A stretch of 64,000 bases of DNA from Isurus oxyrinchus (GCA_026770705.1 JANJGN010000012.1:91574001-91638000); one strand, 5' to 3'; shown: positions 35,600 to 49,502, counted from the stretch's first letter. Made by a program: numbers and translations. The notes: generated by a model not told the origin, from the sequence alone.

Positions 35600-38122
35600 T
35601 TTGTTTATTCATTAAGTTGAGTATTTCTTTAAATATAGAGTAGATTTATATTGTATTAACTCTAGGTATGTTTAAATTTTTAATGATGCACAATCATTTT
35701 ATAATTACTGTTTTGATGCTGGTACTGGTGGTTTTGGGAACGAAAGGATAACATTATAAGATGAGTAACACTCAGGACAACTGCCCTTGAAAACTAAACA
35801 CAGGGATTATGAGGAAACTAGTTCTGCTAAAGGCAGCTGATAATATAGCAACTGCAAAATTGTGATTGTAGCTCTCACAACTGTTAGGCACAGGAGTGTT
35901 ATAAATATTTCATTCAACTCAGATTGGAGGAAAAAGACACTAACTGCATTCATTTGCAGTGTTTTAGATATTGCTGTCATGTCTAACTCTTGGAACTCAG
36001 ATTGTCAAAAAATAGTCATCTGATCAAAGAGCTGTATTTCAGAGAGTGTGGAGAATGCACAAATTTTGGACAGATTTTAAAGGTAATGCAAACATTTAGC
36101 AGTAGGGGCATTATATGCTGGTGGGCTTCTAGATGATTATACAGATGAGAGGCTTGTCACATAGTGGCCTGCTTATCGATTTGCCCATTACAGGTAGTTA
36201 ATGCTTGACAGACAGGCTGGACTAGCCGGAAATGTACCATTTTCCACAATCTTTCACTTCACTTGCTCAACTGACACATACTTCAGTTGTTTGCTAATTG
36301 ACCAATTTCGTATAAGTATATGGAATGGGCTGAGATAAAAAAAAACACTCAACACCACTTTTATCAAGGCTGTTTTATTATTCTGATTTTAATCTCTTTT
36401 GCCCTTGTTGGATATTAATGTCAGGATGCAGCATGTTAAAATGGGATGTTTGCAGTCTACTTGGTGTAAATAGGCTCCTTTCACCATCCATTGTACAGTA
36501 GCAGATGTCATTGAGAAGAAGTCATCCACATCGGCAGCATAATCTGCAAGTTAATTTTTTCAGAACATCCGCTTGCAAGTTTATCCAAGTGTTAAAAACT
36601 GTGGTCGTCTTAAACTAATGTAACCCTTTCAGATCTATAGAACATCTTATATATGTATGATATATTACTTCCGTCCGAAGTAGAAAAGTTTCATTTATTT
36701 GGTCCACACTTTAATTACCCCATAGTTAATTTTATTGAATGTGATACTCTGGCAAACAAGGGCACATTAAGTTAATTTAATTAATTTTAATTACTTTTAT
36801 TTTGCATTGCTGAAACCTCTCAGATTCAGTAGACGAATAATAGCAGTGCACAAAATTACTCTAAATTTCGTCACTCAAACATTCCATGTAAACACTCTTA
36901 ATTAAGGCAATGCTGGAGGCTCTGCTGAGGTGAGATTGAGATTCACTATCGGAAGGTTTATATTGCAATATTGCATTTGCCTTATCCGACTTGGAAATCC
37001 ATAATGCTATGAAAGTAGAAACTATTCTGTCTGCAGCTTCTTCCTACCATCAATGTAGGAGTGACCTCACCACAAGGATGACAGAAGTTGAAGAAGTAAA
37101 CTTACTATATGGTGCTTCCAAACTTCTTTTCTGCTGTGACAGGGTGAGGGGGGCAAGGGGATAGTTGTTGAGCAGGGTGGGAGGCTCAAACCGCAGAGAT
37201 GCAAGCATAAAAAACTAAGAAATCTACCATTTTGCAGGCTCTGTTGATGTCAACAATCAGCTCATTGGCCACAGTCCAAACATATTGTGCACATTTAAAG
37301 GGCCCTTGTGGTTTATTGCGGGGTTGTAAAATCTGAATCCCCCCCCCCCGCAACAGCTGCATTGCTGCCTTGGAGCTCGCGATCCAGATGGCTCATCCAG
37401 GACCCCCTAGCCAGACTGACAATCACCTCCAGATAGACAATAATTACAGTGTCTTTGGGAAGATTTTATACATTTGATAATTATATTTTCATTGATAAGC
37501 CTAGGTAAGCAAATTAAAGATTTTTGGCTATTTAAAATGTTAGGTGCTTCTAAATGATCGCCAGGCAAGAAAGGATGCAACAGAGATACAACCTTATTGT
37601 TCATAGAATTTTAAGTGGATTAGCTCACACTCATGTTCACTTTTTAGTTGTAAGATTAAATGTGATGCAATATTTGGCTACCCCTGGATGTTTGGTGATT
37701 TGAGCTTCTGTTAAGTGGTATTATAGGTAACATTCCATTTTTTGTGGGTTCAGAGTGGCTTCATCTCTATGGTTACCTGAGTTTTTACTTCATGTTGTTG
37801 CATAATTGATCTTACCATCCAACTGGAAACAGGCCCAGTTCATCAAGTCTTTTTCACTTAAGCATAAGGAAGGAAATGTTACAAATCCAAACTGAAACTT
37901 TGTGATGCAAAACAGAGGACAATTTTTCTTAAATGTTTTCAAAATGGAAAATCTCGTCAAAACTTTAACCAGAAACACTGGCCCTGATATTAATCTGGAA
38001 GGTGGTGGGAGTCCAGGGAAGGAGGAATTCTCATCGGTCACCAATGATCATGCCAACTACCAGAGATAAGCCTTCCCATGATCTTCACCAGTGAACAATC
38101 TGCCATCATCATCACCATCATG

Positions 38123-38448
38123 AGGATCGGGTAGATGCAGGTAAGATGTTTCCCCTCTTTGGGGAACCTAGAACCAGGGGGTATGATTTCAAAATACGGG
38201 GGGAAGCCACTTAGGACTGAGATGAGGAGTTGTTTTTTTACTCAAGGTTGTGGATCTTTGGAATTCTCTACACCAGAGGACTGTGAAAGCTCAATCATTG
38301 ACAAATTTTCTGAATACCAATGACATAAAAGGATATGGGGATAGTGTTGGAAAAAGGCCATGAAGTGGATAAGCAGCCATGATCGTATTGAATGGCAGAG
38401 CAGGTTCGACGGGCTGAATGACCCACTCCTGCTCCTATGTTCCTATGA
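38123..38448 (+). mobile_element. CR1 3' fragment nested in the Harbinger
   Basis: PLRTEMRSCFFTQG motif; 3' UTR gggctgaatgacccactcctgctcctatgttcctatg. Confidence 0.8.
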
Positions 38449-38805
38449 ATTGCACGTGTGAAACCCTGATGTCAAATCAGTGACATCGGGTGGAATCTTC
38501 TGGCAACAATGAGGTTGTCAGCAGCGGGACAGGAAGTGAGGAACACTTCCGCTTGGGGGGTGGGATGGCTAGCCATCCGAGACCATATGGCGGCCAGCCA
38601 ATTAGATATGCATGGTCAAGGAGCATGGTGAATTATGCGGCAGGGTGGGCTGTAAGTCGGTGCTCCTGCTGTTACCTCATGGGGTTACCATATTTAAAGG
38701 TCACAAGATCAGGCATTCATTCCCTACAAGCTAGCAGCATCAGCCCATCTGTCTGAGTGGACGCCGAGATTGCAGTCAAACTTTTGGATCTTTTCCCACC
38801 TGGTT

Positions 38806-40520
38806 ATGTCTCAGAAAAAGCAAAGACTGGCCTCACGGTTCAGCAATTCCTCACTGCAGGTTCTCTTCCAGGCCATCCAGAAGAGGGGGAAAGGCTCCTG
38901 CCTTTCCCAGGGATGGCAGCAGGAGTTCCCCCTGTCTGACCAAGGCAGCCTGGATGGAGGGTGCAGCACAGGTTAGTGCCAGTGGAGCTCACTACAAAAC
39001 CTAGATGTAGTGCAGGAAGAGGATGAACGATCCAACGTGCTCCACCTGGGTAAGTGGCATCATGTAGTCACTGCAAAATAACAGCCCAAGGGGCATTAAG
39101 TAATGCAAGCACAGAGGGATGTCAGAGGAGTTTGGGTTGTTGGCCTCAGCAGCAGATGGAACATGTGGACCTAATGTGTGGAACCGCTTCATGCTGTGAA
39201 TGCTGTACTAGTTGTAAGACAGTGTGGATGTCAAACACTGACTGGAGAGGGCTCGGGAGCTGTCATGGGCTTGTATGCTCATAGTGGTTCTGCATCCATT
39301 GGGATGACATTCAATCACCTCTCTGCAGGAGAAAAATGTTCATAATCACCAGGAGTACAACATGACTGGAGAAGGAGTCCCAGACATAAAAATCCTTACC
39401 CTGTTTGTGGAAGAGGCTGCAAAATTTGCCGGGGATGACCAGGACTGAGCTTACACAGATGGAGAGACCATCAAGTGAGGATGCCTCCAGCCTGGTGTTC
39501 ACAAATGGCCTTAGAGCAGTAATGCCTGAAACATTGTTCTGAAAAAGGTTGTGCATAACCATCAGCTAATTCTTTTTGTTCTCCCTTGCAGGTATTCATA
39601 CATTCAAAGAACAAGATGATGAAACACCCTTCCCCCGGTTCCAATTCCACCTCCATCTACAACTCCAGTTCCACCTTGAGGATAATCTGAGTTTACCCCA
39701 GAATCCACAGAGGCTGCACCATCAGAACATTCCCCTGCACCCTGCACCAGCACAGAGACATTCACCTAATTGGGTGCACATTCTAGAATAGGCTCAGGGT
39801 CACAATCTGGTAGGCACATCACAGACACATGCCTGTAACTGACAGAGGATGTGACAGCTGAGGCCCCTGACATTTGGAGAACATCTGGAGAGCAGGCCCA
39901 TGCTGAGCCCCATAGAGATGACGAGTCTGAGTTCATCCATAACAGACTTGATGGAGACAGGTGAGAGAACATCATTTGGATATGCCAGAGACAATATAGT
40001 CTTGAGCGAAGCATGGAAGAATCCGCCCATGTTATCAGTGCTGTCATGGCTCTGGCATGCGAGCACTTTACCTCCCCCATGGAGAGGGTGGCAACCACCA
40101 TGGAGGGACTGGTCCAAAACAGTACGCAGTGACTACGGCTATGTGCTTGGAACTGTACCCCATTATGCCAGAGATGGATGCAGTGCAGCAATGACTAGGT
40201 GAGAGGGGTCAAGGCTCCTCCACCTCCGTCAGGTGCGCATTCTCCTCTAGTAGTCAGGAGCTACCATAGCGTACCAACAGGGAGGAGTGCCAGCCAAGCA
40301 CCGCAGGGGCATCATATTAGGACACTCCAAGGGTGCCTTGCCTCTCCATCACCCTCAGTGGGTCAGGCCGAGGATGGTGCACCCTCACCTGTGCAGGAGA
40401 CCCTCAGCAGGCTGGAGCCTTCTAGGGACGTAGCAATCAACAGGTTGCCTCCACCTGAGCTGTGCATGTCGGGGCTGCACCTAGGCATAATGATAGAAAA
40501 AGAAAGATTAAGAAATTATA
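38806..40520 (+). pseudogene. Harbinger Myb/SANT-like DNA-binding protein gene, three exons, disrupted
   Basis: MSQKKQRLASRFSNSSLQVL...KAAWMEGAAQVSA...CRKRMND; donor gtaagt at 39050, acceptor ctgcag at 39328, exon 2 EKNVHNHQEYNMTGEG, donor gtgag at 39475, acceptor ttgcag at 39591. Confidence 0.65.
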
Positions 40521-41349
40521 AGGGCACAAAGGTGGCACGGATGTTTAATCACTGCACATATGAAACACACTTGTAAATATATGTTTAATTGCATTCATTC
40601 ACGTATGTCGTATTTTCATTATGCTGCCAGTTGCTGCAATGGTCACATGTATTTAAGGGCATTGTACTTGATTCCTGATCAGTTGTGGATGGTGTGGGCC
40701 TATGGATACATCATTTATTGTGTCATATTGTCAGTGGTGGCATCTCTGTTTATCTGACATGTGTGGGATTGAACCTCAGGCGTCATTTGTAAAGTTGTAG
40801 CCTTGCAATGCAACTGACTGTTCATCAGGTAGTGTTCACCTGATCATCATACCTCTGAGGCTGCTGTCTGAGGAGCGTCTGCAGCTGAGTCATTCTGTGC
40901 CTTGCTGGTGTCCGCATGACAGAGTTCTTTGCAAGGCCTTGCCCCATTTGGAGAATGTGTCAAATGAGACATGAATGAATCTCCACCAAATTAACAGTGC
41001 ATGTGGCTTCCAATGTTGCATGCATGTGGGTTTGCTTGACCCAAGGGGCTGCAGCATTTACCTGGTCACAGGAATATGCAGTGTTATACAAGTAGCGTTG
41101 CACTGCTTCTGGCACTGATGCCACCATGTCGTCAGAGGAGCACATTTTTCACCAGTGTGATGTGTTCCATTTCTGAGTGGCCCATACACAGGATCACAAT
41201 ACCAGCAGATTTAATGTGAATACATAAAATTTAATGCAGCCACCAGGATATAAGAGCAATGAAATGAAACCAAAAAGTCTGTGCCCACTAACGAACCCAG
41301 CCTCACAGAGGATTAGAACCCACAGCGTAGTAGACATGTGTCAGTGCCT

Positions 41350-41900
41350 CACTCGGCCTGGAATCTGGTGGCGATAAGATTGTCATAGGCCTGTCTGCCA
41401 TGATGCACTGTTGTCTTGGCTTCTGCTGCTGCATCTGCAACATCCACTCCCTCATCAGCAGCATCGTCTTCCCCTTCCTCCTCCATCAGAGGAGACATCT
41501 GGCTCCTCCATCACCCCTCTGCAACAAAATCTGCGACCAGCATTGAATTGTCTCCCATTCCTCATGCGTACTGGTCTTCATGGAGCAGCTGGAATAGCCA
41601 AGTTACCACATCCTAAGCCACCTCAGGTGTTGCCTTTCAAACATCAGCAGATAGCTGCATTGCCTGCGGTATGATTGTGCGCCAATGCTGGACATCACAC
41701 AGATCCCTGGTTGCTAGCATCCTGCACTGCTTGTCCGTGTGCTGGCCCTGGCCCACACTCCAGTGGTTCCTCCGCAGCTGTAACATTACTATCAGGAGTG
41801 CTAGGTTGACTTGCTCCAACATCATGCCTGACTGAGGTTATCTGTGAAGAAATTGCAGGGATCGATTTGGTCAGCATATTCTTTGAGGCCCTCCCTCCTA
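41350..41900 (-). pseudogene. Harbinger transposase remnant (N- and C-terminal pieces only)
   Basis: YRRQCSYLLMFERQHLRWLRM (N-terminal-like) lies within ~250 bp of an acidic stretch and HGRQAYDNLIATRF (C-terminal-like); DDE core not seen. Confidence 0.5.
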
Positions 41901-43814
41901 TCCTGAGCATTTCTGCCCAATGGGAAGCCCCATACTTAGCATCGGGCAAACCTTGGCCTCCACCCACCCCACTGTGATCAATCCCATCCTGGAGGATCAA
42001 TACCGAGATCTCTTGTTAATGCAGCCATGTGCATGGTGACTGGAGCATTGACTCCAGAACTGGAAGCCATAACTTGTGCGCCCTCCTATCACTGCAGAGC
42101 TTCCCTCCACCATCTTTGAGCCACAGTCCAACACCCTTGCCTTGAACTCAGATAAGTTCCACCCAACCCCTTATCAAATTTGACCAGCTGTCAGGGAACT
42201 TGTTCCCCGTTTGCCCCTTGTTCTTCCTACAATCATTTCTTCCAACATTGAGTTTCCCTACATGGTCCAGTAGCCTCATGTTTCCCACCCCAGCCCCCCT
42301 TTCCTCCTCACCCATTTTTCTGCACTCTTGCCTTCCCTCCCTGCCTCCCACCCTACCCTGGACTCCCTCCCTCGGTCAGCCAGCCTCCCTATCCAATGCG
42401 CCTTAGACTGCTTTCCACCCAATCTCAATCATCACATGACTGAACAACGCTCCCCAAAGAGGAAAAATACAGCGGCTACTGACGTGAACTCCAGCAAGTT
42501 GGCTATCTTGCCTGCTGCATGTCACTTTCATGCAGTCATAAACCTGAAGGCACATATTGGTCCTCACGGATAACTTAATTCTGGCAAGATTGTCTTTTAT
42601 TGGGCATGCATGACATGCAAATGCATGCAAAAGGGCTTCCTGATGCTTGCCTTCAAATTTCCCAGAACATAATAGTATCACACCACACCCCACCCCCGCC
42701 CCAGCCCCCATTGGGAAGCTGATTTTTGGCCTCCCGCTCCATTAAGTTCCCCCACCCACCTTGCTTTCTGCTGCTGGGAACAGCACAAGATTCCACCCAT
42801 CAACTCAGTTGAAGTGATAGATTTTGACTTCTGTGTTTCGCATCTCCAAGCTGTGCAGCAAGCATGATGCAACCTCAGCTACGTTTATAGGACAATATAC
42901 AGATGGATCCAGGTTTTTAGGAAAGGGTGCTACACATAGAAAAGGGGCAGTACCTTAGACTTAATGATGCATTGCTGGATTTACTGCTGTTCCCAGTCAG
43001 GAGCAAGAAGAACATAACTTTCCCCAGTAATGAGAATAAGAAACATATGGCCCTCACCAAGAAGTTTGGTTGGAGGTAGCTGAAGAGATAAAGAGCAGGA
43101 GCAATGTGCCCTGGTCATGGATGTGATGTATGAAACAATTTAATTATCTAACCACATCCGTAAAAATTAATAGATTTGCTGATTCACCTACATTCTGCAG
43201 TTTGTCTTGTCTTGTCAAGTGTGCTTTATCACGTTGCTCCTCCAGGCCAACACAATTTTCAGAAGCACCCTACCTTCACTTTCTATGTATTTGTCACCTC
43301 TGCACTTATCCATCCACTGTTGCTACTCTTTGCAATGTGATATAATTGTCTCATAGTCACTCTCACTGAATACACAGCACTGACTGAGTGATTACTTCAC
43401 CTTCACTTACTCACAACAGGCTTCATTTGTTTTCTCACTCCTTAATTGTAGCAATAAGTGCCTGTCCACGAGTAATAATTTAAGATAAGGTATTGCCACT
43501 CAGGGGACCCAAATGCACCACCATTAAACCTGGAAGTGGACATGTTGGAGCCAGGTTGTGATAGTGATTGAAAATTCTATTATTTTAACTCCACTCCCAT
43601 CCACAATCCGCCCATTCCTGGGGTTTAAAAACGTCTCCCGTTATTTTTGAATTTAAAGCAGCTGAAAACCTGAGTCACCATTGAACTGTGTGAAGTTCAT
43701 TTTTTCTTCTCCATTTAAAGGATATGTTCCATATTATATATTACAGCAGGAAGTTAAGGTAAAATTGTCACTCAAATGTTTTTCTTTGGACAGGGAGAGT
43801 GAACCCATGTCATA

Positions 43815-44040
43815 AATTTAGTCAGGGTTGGCATGAATTTAAATTCCATTATGGCAAGTTGAGAAATTGAAATCAATAATATTTGTGCTAGCACCAAACA
43901 AATAAATGACCATCAAAGTGAATGAATTGTTCAAAAACCAACTAATGTTCTTTAGGGAATCAAGCAGGTCATCCCTGTCCAGTAGGTCCATGGTTGATTC
44001 TGACTGCCCCCTAAAATAGCCAAGATAGCCACTCAGCTGT
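43815..44040 (+). mobile_element. Degenerate copy of the 13478-13900 SINE family
   Basis: aaaaaccaactaatgttctttagggaa...ctgactgccccctaaaatagccaagatagccactcag. Confidence 0.5.
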
Positions 44041-44380
44041 AAAAATAAGTACTCAAGAAGAAAAAAAAAAGAAACATTTGCATTTAAATAGCACCTTTCA
44101 GAACCTTTGGATGTCTCGAAGTGCTTCATATGCAGTCAAGGAAGATCTTTTGAACTGTAGTCACTGTTGTGAAGTAGGAAACATGGCAGTTGATTTGTGC
44201 ATAGCAGCTTCCGCACCATGACCAGATAACCTGTTTTTGAGATGTTGGTTCAGGGTTAAACATTGGCCAGGAGGTCAGGGGAAAAACCCCTTGCTCTTCA
44301 AAATAGTGTGAAAGGATCATTTACACTCAACTGAGAAGGCAGATTAGGCCTCGGTTTTAAGATCACATCTGAAAGACAGA

Positions 44381-44553
44381 GGGTGGGATTTTCCACCCCC
44401 GCCCGCCGCTGGGATCATCCGGTCCCACCGCTGGGATCTTCCGGTCCCGCCGCTGGGATCTTCTGGTCCCGCCGCAAGTCAGTGGGCTCCTGTCTGGGGC
44501 ACCGCCTCAGCCGCAGTGGGTCCCGCCTGCGATGGGGCCGGAAAATCCCGGCC
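44381..44553. mobile_element. Harbinger-like MITE with 3-bp TSD AGA
   Basis: TIR gggtgggattttcc / ggaaaatcccggcc; aga on both flanks; internal 22-bp x3 repeat gctgggatc(a/t)tccggtccc(a/g)cc. Confidence 0.8.
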
Positions 44554-44635
44554 AGAGTGCAGCATTCTCTCAGTATGCACTGAAGCATGTGCCTAGATGG
44601 TTGTGCTCAAGCCCTGGAATGGGATTTAACTCACA

Positions 44636-45236
44636 GGGCAGAATTTTACAGGTCGGCAAGCGGGGGCAGGGTTGGGGCCCACTCACTGACGTGTAAAATA
44701 ATGTGCAGTGACATCGGGGGGAACTCCCGAAGTCACCCTGTCTGATTTAAATTTTAAGGAAGGCAGGAGCGCAGCCAAATCAGTGCACCCGCCGACCGGT
44801 CAATGGCCAACTGAGGCCATTGACAGGGTCAATTAAGTAATTAAAGGACCTGCCCGTCCAACCTTAAGTTGGTGGGCAGGCCAGAGCCCTGGCAGGAACT
44901 AGGAAAAACATGAAACCTCACCTCACATAAGGGGACATGTAAGGGATTTTTTTTTCTATTTTTGTCTTTTTTACATGTACAGCCGATCTCCCTGAGGCAG
45001 CACTTAGCCTCAGGGAGATGAGCGTGCTCTTTCGGGCGCATGCGCGAAAGAGCACACTCTCGATTTTGGGATTCCCTCCCCCCCCCCCCACCCCCCGGCC
45101 CGCACAGGGAGCGCATAGCGCTTCTGTGTGGACGTCAAGCTGGGCATGCCTTAATTGGCCCGCCCACGTAAAATGGCGGTGCGCTTCCCATCGAGGGTGC
45201 CGATTGGAAGCACGCCCATATGCGCCCACCCATCAA

Positions 45237-45267
<31 letters not shown>

Positions 45268-45289
45268 ATCCGGGGGAAAGCTTCAGCCC
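44636..45289. mobile_element. Harbinger-like MITE with 3-bp TSD ACA
   Basis: TIR gggcagaattttac / gaaagcttcagccc; aca on both flanks; CpG-rich, internal hairpin ctccctgaggc...gcctcagggag. Confidence 0.75.
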
Positions 45290-45325
45290 ACAGAGGCAAG
45301 AGTGCTATGCTAACTGAACCACAAT

Positions 45326-45445
45326 GACAGAAAATGCTGGAAATACTCAGCAGGTCAGGCAGCATCAGTGGAGCGAGAAACAGAGTTAGCATTTCAGGTT
45401 AGTGACCTTGCATCAGAACTGGATCAAGTTATAGATGTGAAATTA
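45326..45445 (-). mobile_element. Old PLE pseudo-LTR end
   Basis: cagaaaatgctggaaatactcagcaggtcaggcagcatc...catcagaact; minus strand reads agttctgatg. Confidence 0.7.
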
Positions 45446-45724
45446 ATTTTAAAATGCACTGCCTTGCAATATTGCTTCTGGATGGAAGGCGTGAGAGGAT
45501 TGTACGGTGAGCTTGAAACTGATGTATAGTCATGCTCCAGCAGAGGGTGGCAGTGAAAGTGAGCACAAGTTTCTGTTTCTAGGTATCAGGATCTCTTCAA
45601 GGCAACTACATGGGAAATTGTACATGCCTGCCAGCCTGCCTCTGACAGCTTTATATGTGAATAACTGATGTGCTGTTTGTGAAGGCCAAACAAACAGCCT
45701 CCATCCCCTTGGACAATTCTACTG

Positions 45725-47920
45725 TTTTTACTTGATCATGGGGTGTGGCTGTCACTGGCAAGTTTAGTATTTATTGCCCACTGTTTAAGAAGGTGGTAGT
45801 GCTGCATCTGTGTGCTGGTGGAGGGAGTGAATGTTTAAGGTGGTGGCCAATCAAGTGGGCTGTTCTGACCTAGATGATGTTGAGCATCTTTAGTGCTATT
45901 GGAACTGCAATCATCTATAAGTGGAGAGTATTCCATTACACTCCAGCCTTGTGTTTTGTAGATGGTGGGCAGGCTTTTGGGATTCAGGAGGTAAGATACT
46001 CGCTTCAGAATTCCCAGCCTCTGACTTGCTCTTGTAGCCACAGAATTTATGTGGCTGGTCCAGATATGTTTCTAGTCAATAGCGATCCTCAGGATGTTGA
46101 TGGTGGGGGTTGAGGCAATGGTAATACCTTGAATATTAAGGGGAGGTGGTTAGGTTTTCTTTTGTTAGAAAAGATCTCTGCCTGACGCTTGTGTGACATG
46201 ACTGTTACTTGCAATGTATCAGCTCAAAGCTGAATGTTGTCCAGGTTTTGCCACATGCTGGCACGGATTGCTTCATAATCTAAGAACATGCAAATGGTGG
46301 TGAACACAGGTGTAATCGTCAGCAAACATCCCCAACTCCAGTCTTATTATAGAGAGAATGTCATTTATGAGGCAACTGAAGTTGTTTGGATCTAATTTAC
46401 TATCCTGAGAAAATGTCCTGGGCCTGAGGTGGTTGGCCTCTAACAATCACAACCTTCTCTTGTGCCAGCTTTGACACCAGCCATCGGAGAGTTTTCTCTC
46501 TGATTCCCATTGACTTCAATTTCATTCGAATTCATTGAAGTCACACTTGGTATGGAGTGGAGTTGTCCTGGGGAAACTAAACTGAGCTGGTTTATAGCCC
46601 TGTCAATGACCCCTTCCTGATGATCGTGAACAGACTGATGGTGGGATAATTGGCCAGAATGGATTTGTTCTACTTTTCATGGGCTGGACATATCTGGGCA
46701 ATTTTCCACTTTGTCAGGTTGATGTCAGCATCGTAGCTATACTAGAAAGCTTGACTAAAGGCACAGTTAGTTCTGGAGCACAAGTGTTCTGCATCACAGC
46801 CAGGATGTTGGTGTGGCCCATAGCTTAAGTTGCTTACATTGCACTTGGCTGTTTCTTGAAACCACACGGGGTGAATCAAATTGACTGAAGGCTGGCTTCA
46901 GAAGGAGATTGAGATTGATCATTAATTTGACATTTCTGCCTGTAGATAGTTGCAAATAATTCAGCCTTATTTTTTTTTTGCATTGAAATGTTGGTCTCCA
47001 CTATCATTGAGAATGGGATGGTCACAAAGTGCCACCTTCTGTTAGTTGTTTACTTGTCCACCATCATTCATGAGTGAATGTCGAAAGAATGCAGAGCTTT
47101 AATCAGATCCATTGTGGGATCACTTAGCTCTGTCTAGCATTCTGCTTCCACGATTTAGTGTGCATGTAGCTCTGTGTAGCTTTACCAGATTGGTACCTCA
47201 TTTTTAGGTACAATTGGTGCTGCTCCTGGCATGCTCTTCATTGAACCATGGCTAATGCCCTTGTTTGATCGTATTGTTAGTGAGGGGATATTCCAGGTCC
47301 TGGTGGAATATAATTCTGCTTGTGCTGATAGCACACATGACTCACATGGAGGCTCAGTTTTGAGCTGCTAGATCTGTTCAGAATTCATCCCATTTACTAC
47401 AGTGGTGGTGTCACACAACATAATGGAGGGTATCCTCAGTGTGGAGATGGAACTTTGTCTCTTGGTTGCCATTCTTACCAATACTGGCACGAGCAGATTC
47501 ACCTGTGACAAGTAGATTGGCGAGGATGTGATCAAGTATTTTTTCCCTCATACTGGTCCTCTGAACAACTGCTGCAGGCCAACTTTGATGGTTATGTCAT
47601 TCAGGACTTGGCCAGCTTGGTCAGTAGAGGTGCTACTGACCAAGTCTTGTTGATGGACATTGAAGACCTCACCGAGTGTACATTCTGTGCTCTTGTTACC
47701 CTCTGTGCTTTTTCCAAGTGGTGTTCAACATGGTGGAGTGTTGACTCATCAGCTGATTGAGGGCAGTAGGTGGTCATCCTAGCTCATGTTTGATGCTAAT
47801 CCTTGCTCATGTTTGACCTGATGCCATGAGAATTCATGGTTTTTCAGGCCACTCTGGCCTGACTATATATCGCTGTGCGACCATTTCTGGTGGATATATT
47901 CTGTCGGTGGGTGAGGAAAT
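45725..47920 (-). mobile_element. Old CR1-group LINE (second lineage), ORF2 relic
   Basis: ASQRLGILKRVSYLL.PKSLPTIYKTQ..SVMEYSPL (45835-46041); further RT/APE remnants upstream on the minus strand. Confidence 0.7.
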
Positions 47921-49502
47921 GTATGTTGGGCTTCCTGTGAGCCCAAAAATGGGAGCGCCTAAATTTCTAGGCCCAAGCTCCTACATCAGATGTAACCTCT
48001 TTTGTCACAGCAACCTGTCATATGAGTACAAAGATCATGTATCTACACCAAGTGTGAATGAAATTCACCTACTTTACCTCTGAGTGAGCTGATTACCTGA
48101 CAAGATGGCCTGATGTTGAAATGTGAATGTTGAAAATTCCAGGAGGGCAACAGCTTTTCCTAAGGTGTCAAACTTGTTTCCCCAACATGAATCCAAGAAT
48201 AGAGGTAAATCATTGGGTTTTCTCAACTCCATAGGGTTCCCTTCAACACTCTGATAGTTCGTGCTTTTAAAGGTCCCATGATTAGCCACCAGAGAAATGC
48301 ACAGATTTAGTGAATTATCTGAATTTTATGAAATAAGATCTGACTTACCAAACAGGCTCAATAAGTGATGCAGCAAGAAATCATTTATTTAATTGGTATT
48401 AGTTCCCCTTTGTCAAAAAGCAGAATGCATGAATCTAAAAGATATAATGAAGATATAATCAAATAGAGAAATTGAACTGTCCATAACTATACTAGAAAGA
48501 CCTATCAGCAAGGATAAGAGTTGAGCTAATCATTCGTGAAGCAACAGTCCAGTGATCAACTCTTATATAATTCCTGCTAAGTTTTGCTGTGCAATGTTAG
48601 TAACTTTTAGTGCAGTTATACAGTAGATTCTGTATTTTTCCAAAACATTTTTTGCCTCACAGAAACATAAATTTTGTTGAAAAACTGCATCAATTTGGCT
48701 GTTGCTAAGGCAGTAATGTGACTTGGGTGTGTTTCCATTCATTCTGAATAGTCTTTGAACATTCATCCTCCAGGCTCTGTCATAGAGAATGATTACTTGG
48801 CAATGCCTATGCCTTCAGAAGAGGAGAGGAGAGAGTCGGGGAATGGATAAAATTGTCAGCAGAGAGCCATTAGAAATTTCACTGGTAATCTGAGGATAGG
48901 TAGGTGAGCTGTGTGCAGTTCCAGTCATCCTGTTGTAGGAATCACAGGGTCCAGCAAAGACTTTCAAACAGTAAGCCAAAAATAAAAGGTGCTAGCTTTG
49001 AACAAAGGGTTCCTTTGAAACAGAGAAGGTTGGGATGAGGGATGGAATCTAAGAGTCTTTAAAACGTTCAAATCTGTCTTCATAGCAACTTAAAGATTGT
49101 GGTCAAAGAATGTGGGGGTAATTTTAACTTTGTGTGATAATGTTTTGTAGGTGATAGCGAATTGGCAGTCTGTTCTACATCGTGCCAGATTTAAATAATG
49201 AGTTACTGTCACTCATTATCCACTAACATGCAAAGTCAAACTGACCCTGTTGAATCAATGAAGAGGGAGCATTGACTTAAATTGAATCTTATTTCACCAA
49301 ATTTACGATGTCAAATGGGCACAAAGAGAGTCGATTTTGGGGAGCAATTTTATGTACTTCAAGCATACCTGAAAAACTGCCAACTGGATATTTTGTCAGG
49401 TTGTTTTTCAGGCATCTGGCAGCCACCTAAAGCAGGTAGTAGACTTTTGGATATGTTGATATGGTAGTGAAGTTGCTTTTGGGTTGTCTACACTGAAGAG
49501 TA

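Larger units (their letters stand above)
37980..42798. mobile_element. Decayed PIF/Harbinger transposon (Myb/SANT gene on +, transposase remnant on -)
   Basis: Convergent two-gene layout; right end aagattccaccc resembles the MITE TIRs in this window; left boundary uncertain. Confidence 0.6.
44068..45329 (-). mobile_element. SacSINE1-like SINE split by two MITE insertions
   Basis: Pieces 44068-44380, 44554-44635 and 45290-45329 join into the reverse complement of the 3205-3628 element. Confidence 0.75.

Noticed and set aside
44636-45289. CpG-island promoter
   Set aside because: CpG richness is confined exactly between TIRs with a 3-bp TSD, so it is a young MITE.
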